From IMG/VR virus record IMGVR_UViG_3300032116_019333, positions 1-57,791 of that record: a DNA stretch of 57,791 bases, one strand, 5' to 3'. Shown here piece by piece: positions 46,882-54,515 of this stretch (positions are counted from its first letter, which is position 1; each line of letters opens with the position of its first letter). The stretch is from a virus (taxonomy: Duplodnaviria; Caudoviricetes). Under the pieces are notes generated by a model. The model searched no databases. It saw only the letters and a program-made list of their open reading frames with translations, and was not told the DNA's origin. Position numbers and translations under genes: made by a program.

Positions 46882-47052
46882 ATGAAAGCAACAACACCAG
46901 CCATCGAAGCATACGGAGTGAAAGGCATGAAATCCACCGCCTGGCGCAAGACTTTCAAGAGCACCGAAGCACTAAATGCATGGGTCGAAAAGCTCGGCGC
47001 GGAAGTCCACGGAATCCGCGAAATCCAACCCGATGAAGTGACCTTCCGCTGA
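46882..47052 (+). CDS. Small early protein (56 aa, absent from the ORF track)
   Basis: MKATTPAIEAYGVKG...; ATG 6 nt after the promoter motif. Confidence 0.6.
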   Translation: MKATTPAIEAYGVKGMKSTAWRKTFKSTEALNAWVEKLGAEVHGIREIQPDEVTFR

Positions 47053-47085
47053 AAATCCAACCAACCCTAACAATAGCATAAAACC

Positions 47086-47253
47086 ATGTACACCGCCGCA
47101 GAAATTGATGCCATGACCATCGAGGAAATCGAACAAGTCGCTGAACTGCTCACCGACGAGGCCCATGAAGAATGGGCCGCTGCCGGATACTCCGGTGAGG
47201 CCTACTCCAAGCTCGGAATGAGCGATGCCGAGAAAGCCGTCAATTCCCACTAA
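47086..47253 (+). CDS. Small acidic protein (55 aa, absent from the ORF track)
   Basis: MYTAAEIDAMTIEEIEQVAELLTDEAHEEW...; 13 D/E versus 2 K. Confidence 0.6.
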   Translation: MYTAAEIDAMTIEEIEQVAELLTDEAHEEWAAAGYSGEAYSKLGMSDAEKAVNSH

Positions 47254-47276
47254 ATTCAACCAATAGAACAAAAACC

Positions 47277-47495
47277 ATGAGCACCATCAACTTCGCTAAC
47301 TGGACAGACGCCCAACTCAACATGACCCCGGACTTCATGTTCGGGAACCAGCTGCCCCTCGCAAAAGCCGAGATCCAACGCCGCAAAGACGAAGGCATCT
47401 GGCTCACCGACGGCAGCACAGAGCGGGTCGCGCAAATGATCCGCGACAACACGCCAGCCAGCCGCCGCAAGTTCTCCCGCCGCGCCCGCCGCTAA
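47277..47495 (+). CDS. Small hypothetical protein
   Basis: A/C-rich leader; core-like codon usage. Confidence 0.6.
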   Translation: MSTINFANWTDAQLNMTPDFMFGNQLPLAKAEIQRRKDEGIWLTDGSTERVAQMIRDNTPASRRKFSRRARR

Positions 47496-47519
47496 CCCCC
47501 AACCCTACCACACACCACC

Positions 47520-47810
47520 ATGGACATCGAATACATCAAACAGCACCGCAGCCTCACTCTCGAATTCGGGCGCGGCGAAACCTACTGCTCCAACAAGCCG
47601 ACGCTCTACGGTCACTCAACCTATGGTCGCAGCTCGGTTCTAGCCGGTCGTCCGCGCCGGGTCTTCATCGAAAGCTGGGACGATCTGGACACCGCACGCG
47701 CCGAACTCAAGGGCGCGAAGATCCGCTATGCCGACCTCTGCGACACGCACGGATCCACCCACATCCCGGTGGATGTCATCACCGCAGGCCTCCCAGACGA
47801 AGACATCTAA
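47520..47810 (+). CDS. Small hypothetical protein
   Basis: A/C-rich leader; operon position. Confidence 0.6.
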   Translation: MDIEYIKQHRSLTLEFGRGETYCSNKPTLYGHSTYGRSSVLAGRPRRVFIESWDDLDTARAELKGAKIRYADLCDTHGSTHIPVDVITAGLPDEDI

Positions 47811-47830
47811 CACCCAACCCCTGAGATCCC

Positions 47831-48532
47831 ATGAAATCCGAATCCGACATACTCGATAAAATCCGCAAGCTTCTGCGACTGGCCGACCGATCCCGCGGTT
47901 CCACCGAGAACGAAGCGAAGGTGGCTCTCGCCAAGGCACAGGAATTGATGACCCGCCACAACATCGACTCGGCACTGCTCCGCATGGAACGCGGTGAATC
48001 GAGCGGCGCGGGCTTCACCGTCAACAAGGGCAAGGTCGATTTGCCGAAGACCCTCAACCCTGCTGACCTGATGATCCTCTCGATTCTGCAGGCTCACTTC
48101 AACGTGAAAACGATCCTGATGCCCAACGGCCGAGGAACGCCGGTGGACATCATCGGTGCCGCCGCCGACATCGACTTCGCCATCTACGCCTTCAATTACC
48201 TGCGGCAGACCTTCTTCCGCTGTTGGAACGAGTTCAAGCGGAGCCACGCCAATCCGGACAAGGCATCTTACTACCGGGGCTTGCGCGACGGCCTGAACGC
48301 CGAACTCAAGGCGGCAAAGCAACGTGCCGAACAATCCTACGCCGCAGACCAGCGCCAGACATACGGATTGGTGCTCGTGGATCAGGAGGCGGCCATCACC
48401 CGCTATGTCGAGGAGGCATACGGCAAACTTCGCACCCGTTCGCAACGCCGCCGCCACCTCCATTCCGGAAGCTACGTCGCCGGGGAAACCAAGGGCCGAA
48501 CTATCCAAATCAACCGCCCACTTCCGTCATGA
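47831..48532 (+). CDS. DUF2786-domain protein
   Basis: KIRKLLRLA...ENEAKVALAKAQELMTRHNI. Confidence 0.8.
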   Translation: MKSESDILDKIRKLLRLADRSRGSTENEAKVALAKAQELMTRHNIDSALLRMERGESSGAGFTVNKGKVDLPKTLNPADLMILSILQAHFNVKTILMPNGRGTPVDIIGAAADIDFAIYAFNYLRQTFFRCWNEFKRSHANPDKASYYRGLRDGLNAELKAAKQRAEQSYAADQRQTYGLVLVDQEAAITRYVEEAYGKLRTRSQRRRHLHSGSYVAGETKGRTIQINRPLPS

Positions 48533-48544
48533 AAACTATCCAAC

Positions 48545-48592
48545 AAAAAGACGAAAAAAGACATGGACGTGCCCAATCAGACGGGCAGATGA
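48545..48592 (+). promoter_or_regulatory. Third copy of the A-tract/ATGGAC-N15-GGCAGATGA promoter
   Basis: AAAAAGACGAAAAAAGACATGGAC-N15-GGCAGATGA, 8 nt before ATG 48601. Confidence 0.75.
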
Positions 48593-48600
48593 GGGATGCT

Positions 48601-48831
48601 ATGACAACAGCATCATTCCCTAACAACTATCTGGCCAAGGCGATGCAGCAAAGCATTCGCGAACTTGAGAAGAACGGCTTCACCGCCCGGCGAATCATGC
48701 CGGTCGATCCGATGGCCGGCATTCATGCCCGCGAATTTCGAGCCGACTTCGCCAAGCAAACCAAAACCGGACTGCTGGTGTTCAGCGTCCGGATCGACAC
48801 CGACGGCAACGTCACCAACAGCAAACCATAA
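48601..48831 (+). CDS. Small hypothetical protein
   Basis: ATG directly after the promoter copy. Confidence 0.55.
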   Translation: MTTASFPNNYLAKAMQQSIRELEKNGFTARRIMPVDPMAGIHAREFRADFAKQTKTGLLVFSVRIDTDGNVTNSKP

Positions 48832-48843
48832 CCAAACACCACC

Positions 48844-49374
48844 ATGAACAAACTGTATTACATCGTCTGCGACGACAAGGAAACCAACGTATTTGAAGGC
48901 CGCTACCAGGGTCGCACCCGAGGCGAGGCACTGAAGTTCCTCAAGCAAACCATCGGGCGCAAGACGCTCAACGGACTGGTCTTCACCATCACCGAAATCC
49001 CCGTGCCACTGATCCGCGAGATCGTCGCGGAAATCCTCGCCGGGGGCGATGGCAATGTCACGCCAGCTGCGAACGTCGTTCCACTCACCCGTCCAGAGCC
49101 GGTAGCCAGCCCGGGACGCTACGACGCGTTTGCCGACGCGGCTGAGCCCGACCCAACGCCAGCGGAGAACACGCCACCCAAGGCCAAGGCATTCAAGACA
49201 AAAGCATCCAAGCCCGCAAAGAAAGTCGGCAATCCCGGCCACGGTGACGACCACTGGTCGAAGGTGAAAGCTCACTGGCTAAAATGCCGCAGCGTGAAAC
49301 AGACCGCTGAGAAGTTCGGACTGTCCCCCAACTCGATCAAAACCCGCATCCGCAGGGAGGGCTGGAACAAATGA
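48844..49374 (+). CDS. Protein with C-terminal HTH
   Basis: SVKQTAEKFGLSPNSIKTRIRREGW. Confidence 0.6.
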   Translation: MNKLYYIVCDDKETNVFEGRYQGRTRGEALKFLKQTIGRKTLNGLVFTITEIPVPLIREIVAEILAGGDGNVTPAANVVPLTRPEPVASPGRYDAFADAAEPDPTPAENTPPKAKAFKTKASKPAKKVGNPGHGDDHWSKVKAHWLKCRSVKQTAEKFGLSPNSIKTRIRREGWNK

Positions 49375-49706
49375 GTGCTCCCCAATGGACACCGGCCATC
49401 GGCGGTGGTGCGACCGTCTGCCACTACAGTGACCGGTCGGCTTGCACGGTCGTCAGGATCAGCGCAAGCGGGCGCACCATCTGGATGCAGGAAGACAACG
49501 CCGTTCTCGACGGGTGGAAACCCGAGGTCGTCGCCGGGGGATTTGCCGGACATTGCGTGAACAACGCCGAGCAGACCTACAAATATTCGCTCAACCCCAA
49601 TGGGGTGACCCACCGTGCCAGCCGACGCAAAGACGGATGGTTCCGCACTACTAACGGCGAGCCGGTCGTCCCCGGCCGCCGCCACTTCCACGACTACAAT
49701 TTCTGA
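49371..49706 (+). CDS. Conserved phage hypothetical protein
   Basis: GATVCHYSDR...GRRHFHDYNF; ATGA overlap. Confidence 0.6.
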   Translation: MSAPQWTPAIGGGATVCHYSDRSACTVVRISASGRTIWMQEDNAVLDGWKPEVVAGGFAGHCVNNAEQTYKYSLNPNGVTHRASRRKDGWFRTTNGEPVVPGRRHFHDYNF

Positions 49707-49945
49707 TGAAAGTCGAAGTCCGAAAATACCTCAAAGCCGATGGCTTTCCCACTCGCTACTGGTCGGTAGTGTTGGATGGCGACTTGCTCGCCGTCACGCT
49801 CTACCGCAAGGGTGCGGAGGCGGTTGCCAGGGCCATCACCAACACCAACCAATATCCCCATGTCACGACCCTTGAAGATTCTCCTAACCCCGCCGACACG
49901 CCCTACAAGCCCACCGCTGGCTTGGCGTCCTACCGGACCCGATGA
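49706..49945 (+). CDS. Small hypothetical protein
   Basis: TRYWSVVLDGDLLAVTLYRKGAEAV; TGATG coupling. Confidence 0.5.
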   Translation: MKVEVRKYLKADGFPTRYWSVVLDGDLLAVTLYRKGAEAVARAITNTNQYPHVTTLEDSPNPADTPYKPTAGLASYRTR

Positions 49946-50525
49946 CCTCTGTGGCCCTGCCGCCACGGTCGCAGCTCGTCTCGTCTCCAAGGCACATAAG
50001 CTCCACGATGATCCCAGCGTTCCGGTAAAGATACTACTCTACGGCCCGCCCGGTGTCGGGAAAACCAGCATCGCCGACATGGTGGCCGAGGCGCTTTCCG
50101 GCACTCGTTTCTCCATCGAGGAGTTCAACGGCAAGCTCGTCACCGTCGAAACCGTGAAGCAGTGGATGAGCACACTCGGTGTGTGTTCGCTGTTCGGAGT
50201 CTATTCCGTAAAGATCATCAACGAAATGGATCGCTGCACGCGGGACGCACAGGATCTTCTCCTGAGTTATCTCGACCGCATGCCACCTGGCCGCGCCGTG
50301 ATAGGCACGAGCAACCTGCAACTCGACTTGCTCACCGAGCGGTTCCAGACGCGATTCCAATCGATCAAACTCGCTGCCCCGACGACCGAGGAAATCGCCG
50401 CCATGCTACGCCGCCACTGGCCAGTCGATCAAGCCACCGCGCTACGAATCGCAGTTGGCTCTGGTGGATGTGTTCGGGCCGCTCTCGCCGATCTGGAATC
50501 CTGGCTGGATGCCAGCGATTGTTGA
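49860..50525 (+). CDS. AAA+ ATPase (clamp-loader/MgsA-like)
   Basis: WRPTGPDDLCG, GPPGVGKT, IINEMD, FQTRF, GCVRAAL. Confidence 0.8.
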   Translation: MSRPLKILLTPPTRPTSPPLAWRPTGPDDLCGPAATVAARLVSKAHKLHDDPSVPVKILLYGPPGVGKTSIADMVAEALSGTRFSIEEFNGKLVTVETVKQWMSTLGVCSLFGVYSVKIINEMDRCTRDAQDLLLSYLDRMPPGRAVIGTSNLQLDLLTERFQTRFQSIKLAAPTTEEIAAMLRRHWPVDQATALRIAVGSGGCVRAALADLESWLDASDC

Positions 50526-50542
50526 CAGCGGGCTCCACGGCG

Positions 50543-51199
50543 ATGACGGAAGATTCTCCCAAAGCCCGCACCCTAGCCAACGGCATCGAAGTCTGGTGTT
50601 CTTTCGACAAGCTCGTGCCGGTCGGTGAACTGAAACCGAACCCGCGCAACCCGAACACCCACCCGCAGCGGCAGATTGAGCTGCTCGCCAAAAACATCCG
50701 CTATTTCGGATGGCGACAGACGATCACAGTTTCCAATCTCACCGGCCTGATCGTATCGGGTCACGGTCGCCTGATGGCAGCCAAGCACCTCGGAGCAGAG
50801 GTCGTGCCAGTGGACTATCAGGACTTCGCCAGCGAGAACGATGAACTTGCGGTGTTGGTTGCGGACAACCGGTTGGCCGAACTTTCCTCGGTTGATCTCA
50901 ACGAACTCGAAAAGATTGCCAGCGAGTGGAAGGCCGCTGATTTCGACACGATCCTCGCCGGTTTCGAGCCTGCCGATCTCGAAGGATTGTTGAATCCCGG
51001 CGGCGATGACGATGAAGAGGATGACGATGACCGCCACGACAAGGAACTCGACAAGAGTGATGTCACTGTCGCGGTCGGCCTCTATCGGTTCCGCATCACC
51101 CAGGAAGAGTTCATCGCGTGGTGCGACCGCGTGAAACAAGACGCCGGTTTCGACAAGGAAAGCGTGCTCAACGAAATCCGCAGCCGCCTCGTAATATGA
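50543..51199 (+). CDS. ParB/Srx-like N-terminal domain protein
   Basis: LKPNPRNPNTH, IVSGHGRL, ADNRLAE. Confidence 0.88.
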   Translation: MTEDSPKARTLANGIEVWCSFDKLVPVGELKPNPRNPNTHPQRQIELLAKNIRYFGWRQTITVSNLTGLIVSGHGRLMAAKHLGAEVVPVDYQDFASENDELAVLVADNRLAELSSVDLNELEKIASEWKAADFDTILAGFEPADLEGLLNPGGDDDEEDDDDRHDKELDKSDVTVAVGLYRFRITQEEFIAWCDRVKQDAGFDKESVLNEIRSRLVI

Positions 51200-52710
51200 A
51201 TATCACACTCGAACCTATCGACGCTGTTCGACCATCAACTTACAACCCCCGGTCGGCGGTGCCGGAGCGTCTAGACTTGATTGAGCTATCTCTTCGCAAG
51301 CTCGGCTTCATTGCTCCGATCTTCGCGGACTCGGACGGTGAAATCCTTTCTGGCCACCAGCGCCACCTTGTTGCATCGCGTATGGGTGCCACGCACGTCC
51401 CGGTATCCCGAACCAAGGCGCTCGACCTCGATCAACGCAAGGCGCTCAACATCGTGTTCAACCGGGCGACCAACGATTTCGATTTCAATAGCACACCCGG
51501 ACGCGTCACTAGCGAGTTGCAATCACTAGACATTGAAGCACTCGCCGCCCGCATCCCCGACAAGGAGGTCGGCAGCGATGGTTTTCTGCGATGCCTCAAG
51601 CCCGCGGAAGTCGCGGTCAAGGATCTCTGCCGTGTAAACTCGGGCCACTGGATCCAGTATGCCCGCAACCTCGCCCGCACGCTGCATCGCCACGGTATTC
51701 TCATGCCCATCGTCTGCCGCGAGGATCTAACAGTCATCAACGGCATCGGTCGTCTGGAAATGCTGGCGGAAAAAGGTGCTGTATTCGCTCCGGTCGTATT
51801 CGTCACCGACGAGGAAGCGGAGTTTGCCCGGGCGATGATGAACCTGCTGTCGATGGACTTCGACATCCACACGCGCTACGCCGACATGCTGCGCTTCAAT
51901 TCGTTTCGGCGAGCACGCCGCGTCAGGCGCGAGCTTGGCAACGGCTTCATCTTTGCCACGCACGGCGCAAAGCCATGCAAGGATTTCGACATCGGCAAAC
52001 CCGCCGACAAGGCACGGTGGGTGAAGGAACACGGCACGACCATTCTTGACTTCGGTGCCGGTCACCTGACGGAAACATTCCTGCTGCGCCAGACCGGGAT
52101 CGATTGCACTCCGTTCGAGCCGTATCGACTCGGACCAGGGGGCATCAACAAAGCGGAGAGTTTGGAACTCACCCGTGCATTCCTCGCCGAAGTTGCGGAG
52201 GGCAAGGAGTGGACGAGCATCTTCATTGCAAGTGTGCTGAACTCCGTGCCGTTCCGTGAAGACCGGGAGCACATCGCCTGTCTTTGCGCCGCCCTGTGTA
52301 AGCCGTTCACCAAGGTCTATGCCTGCGCGTCCTCGGCGGGCGAATCCGGCTGGCGGCAGGTCAACGGGAAGGCGTTCATGAACGAATCCAACGCGGGAAA
52401 TATTGCCTTCCGCCTCGATTACGAACCGGGAATCCGCATTGGCGACTTTCAGGACAAACCCAAGGTTCAGAAGTACCACACCGTTGCCGAGTTCAAGGAT
52501 CTCTTCGGCACGTTCTTCCGCTCGGTGCAGGTCGATGAGTTCTCCAACAACATCAACGCGGCGTGCGCGGCAGCTCGCCCGGTCGATCCTGCCCGATTGC
52601 GAAAAGCTATCGAATTTGAATTCGATCTGCCGTATCCGGACGGCACCCGTATGGATTTCGTGAAATGCGCCATGGACTCTTTCAGCAAACGTCTTCAGAT
52701 TACCCTATGA
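51196..52710 (+). CDS. Tandem ParB domains fused to a Rossmann methyltransferase
   Basis: YNPR...ILSGHQR; second PIV...VINGIGRL; ILDFGAG (motif I); IFIASVLNSVP; QKYH. Confidence 0.8.
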   Translation: MNITLEPIDAVRPSTYNPRSAVPERLDLIELSLRKLGFIAPIFADSDGEILSGHQRHLVASRMGATHVPVSRTKALDLDQRKALNIVFNRATNDFDFNSTPGRVTSELQSLDIEALAARIPDKEVGSDGFLRCLKPAEVAVKDLCRVNSGHWIQYARNLARTLHRHGILMPIVCREDLTVINGIGRLEMLAEKGAVFAPVVFVTDEEAEFARAMMNLLSMDFDIHTRYADMLRFNSFRRARRVRRELGNGFIFATHGAKPCKDFDIGKPADKARWVKEHGTTILDFGAGHLTETFLLRQTGIDCTPFEPYRLGPGGINKAESLELTRAFLAEVAEGKEWTSIFIASVLNSVPFREDREHIACLCAALCKPFTKVYACASSAGESGWRQVNGKAFMNESNAGNIAFRLDYEPGIRIGDFQDKPKVQKYHTVAEFKDLFGTFFRSVQVDEFSNNINAACAAARPVDPARLRKAIEFEFDLPYPDGTRMDFVKCAMDSFSKRLQITL

Positions 52711-53159
52711 TCATCCTGCTAGATCTAAACTACACTCTGGTGGCAAACAACCCGGCTCGTGGAACCACGCCCGACCGCATGGAGAAACGCCTCGCAAATG
52801 AACAATACCGGCAATGGCTGGTGGAACTTGTTAGACCCAACATCGTAATAATCATGACCGCGCGTCCCATCACCTGGATGGGGAAAACTCTCGACCGTAT
52901 CGAGGAGCAAACCGGGTGGCGACCGCAGGAAGCGTGCTTCGCACCGAAAGGCTGGTGGAACCCACCGGCAATCAAAGAGCATTTGCTCAAGCAGCACGTT
53001 TTCCCGTTCCACGGGGAGCACGCCCGCTACATCGCTATCGAGAGCAACCCACGAACGCGCGAGATGTATGCGAAGTTCTCCATCCCAAGCTTCTGGGTTA
53101 CGGAAGAAGGCACCTGCCTCACCGAAGGAACGCGGATCGTAAAACGCCTACCGCGTTGA
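52707..53159 (+). CDS. HAD-family (PNK 3'-phosphatase-like) protein with variant motifs
   Basis: ILLDLNYTL, IMTARP, IKEHLLK, IAIESNP. Confidence 0.7.
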   Translation: MIILLDLNYTLVANNPARGTTPDRMEKRLANEQYRQWLVELVRPNIVIIMTARPITWMGKTLDRIEEQTGWRPQEACFAPKGWWNPPAIKEHLLKQHVFPFHGEHARYIAIESNPRTREMYAKFSIPSFWVTEEGTCLTEGTRIVKRLPR

Positions 53160-53175
53160 CATCGGTTACGCGGGC

Positions 53176-53898
53176 ATGAGTGAAGCCCAACGTGACGAAG
53201 TGATTCCACGCGGAGTCTGGCAGTTCGATCAGGAAGTGACCTCCGTGTTCGACGACATGCTCCAACGGAGCATCCCGCAATACAACGCGATGCGTGTCGT
53301 AACCTTCGAGGTCGGACGCCGCTTCGTGCAACCGGGCACGACGATCATCGACATGGGTTGCTCCCGCGGCCAGGCACTGCTCCCATTCGTATCTAACTTC
53401 GGGGACTCCAACGACTACATCGGTCTGGAAATCAGCGAGCCGATGATTCAGGCCGCACAAGAGAACTTCTCCTACCACCCTCACGGCAATCGTGTCACCG
53501 TCCAGTCTGCCGACCTGCGCCACGAGTTCCCTGCCGTGACATCCAGCCTCGTGCTCTCGGTGCTCACCCTGCAATTCACCCCTATCGAATACCGCCAGCA
53601 GATCGTGCGGCGAGTATTCGAGTCACTGGCTCCCGGCGGTGCCTTCATCCTCGTGGAGAAGGTGCTCGGGGCCACTGCCAAGCTCGATCAGGCATTCGTG
53701 GAACTCTTCCTCCAAATCAAGCGGGAGAATGGGTATTCTGAGGATCAGATCGACCGCAAGCGGATGTCTCTTGAAGGAGTGCTGGTGCCTGTCACCGCCC
53801 GCTGGAACGAGGAGCTACTTCATCAGGAAGGCTTCACTTCGGTGGACTGCTTCTGGCGGCACCTGAATTTTGCCGGATGGGTAGCGATCAAACCATGA
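53176..53898 (+). CDS. cmoA: Carboxy-S-adenosylmethionine synthase-like protein
   Basis: WQFDQEVTSVFDDMLQRSIPQY, DMGCSRG, LTLQF, KRMSLEGV, FWRHLNF match CmoA hallmarks. Confidence 0.85.
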   Translation: MSEAQRDEVIPRGVWQFDQEVTSVFDDMLQRSIPQYNAMRVVTFEVGRRFVQPGTTIIDMGCSRGQALLPFVSNFGDSNDYIGLEISEPMIQAAQENFSYHPHGNRVTVQSADLRHEFPAVTSSLVLSVLTLQFTPIEYRQQIVRRVFESLAPGGAFILVEKVLGATAKLDQAFVELFLQIKRENGYSEDQIDRKRMSLEGVLVPVTARWNEELLHQEGFTSVDCFWRHLNFAGWVAIKP

Positions 53899-54515
53899 GC
53901 AAAGCACGTCCACATGAAGAAGGGCGGCCATCGCTTGATCCGGAAGTCGCTGGGAAGATCCTCGATGCCGACTTCCAGAACATCGTGAAAAAGGTCGCGG
54001 CGGGAAAGCCGCTAACGGTTGCCGAACGTGCTCGCATCGAATCCCGAGCGGCCGGTAGTGTGGAAACTCTCGCTTATGCAAAGACCCTCGTGGAACTGGC
54101 TGCGGTGCTTGGAGTTTCCCGCAGGACACTCTCCACATGGCAGAAGATGGAAGGTGCCCCCAAGGCACTCTCCAACGGACTTTGGCCGGTCGCTGATTGG
54201 CGAGAGTTCGTCAGGATGCGGGGCTTGAATGCCGGTCGTGTTCCGGTAGGCAACGAGGAGGCACTCAAAGCCCGCAAGCTATTGGCTGAGGTCGAGGAGA
54301 GGGAGCTACGCATTGCGATCAAGAAGGGCGAATATGTCGCACTCACCAAAGTGCGTGAGGAATGGATCGGGCTGGTAGCCCAGGCGACCGCCATCCTCCG
54401 CGCCAAGTTTGAAAATGAATTGCCACCCGTGCTCTCAGGTCTTGATGCAACTGGCATCCAGCGTGAGTGCCGCCGCGCCATCGACGAAGTCTTGCTCTGT
54501 CTCCACGAACCATGA
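53895..54515 (+). CDS. Terminase small subunit (Nu1-like)
   Basis: HTH LVELAAVLGVSRRTLSTWQK plus coiled coil; overlaps the TerL start. Confidence 0.8.
   Translation: MSKARPHEEGRPSLDPEVAGKILDADFQNIVKKVAAGKPLTVAERARIESRAAGSVETLAYAKTLVELAAVLGVSRRTLSTWQKMEGAPKALSNGLWPVADWREFVRMRGLNAGRVPVGNEEALKARKLLAEVEERELRIAIKKGEYVALTKVREEWIGLVAQATAILRAKFENELPPVLSGLDATGIQRECRRAIDEVLLCLHEP

Noticed and set aside
50162-50542. Long N-terminal extension of the ParB ORF in the track (similarly 51118, 54467, 57045, 14142 starts)
   Set aside because: The extensions overlap upstream genes. Downstream ATGs with the GTTGAC motif, ATGA coupling, non-overlap or a signal peptide are better supported.
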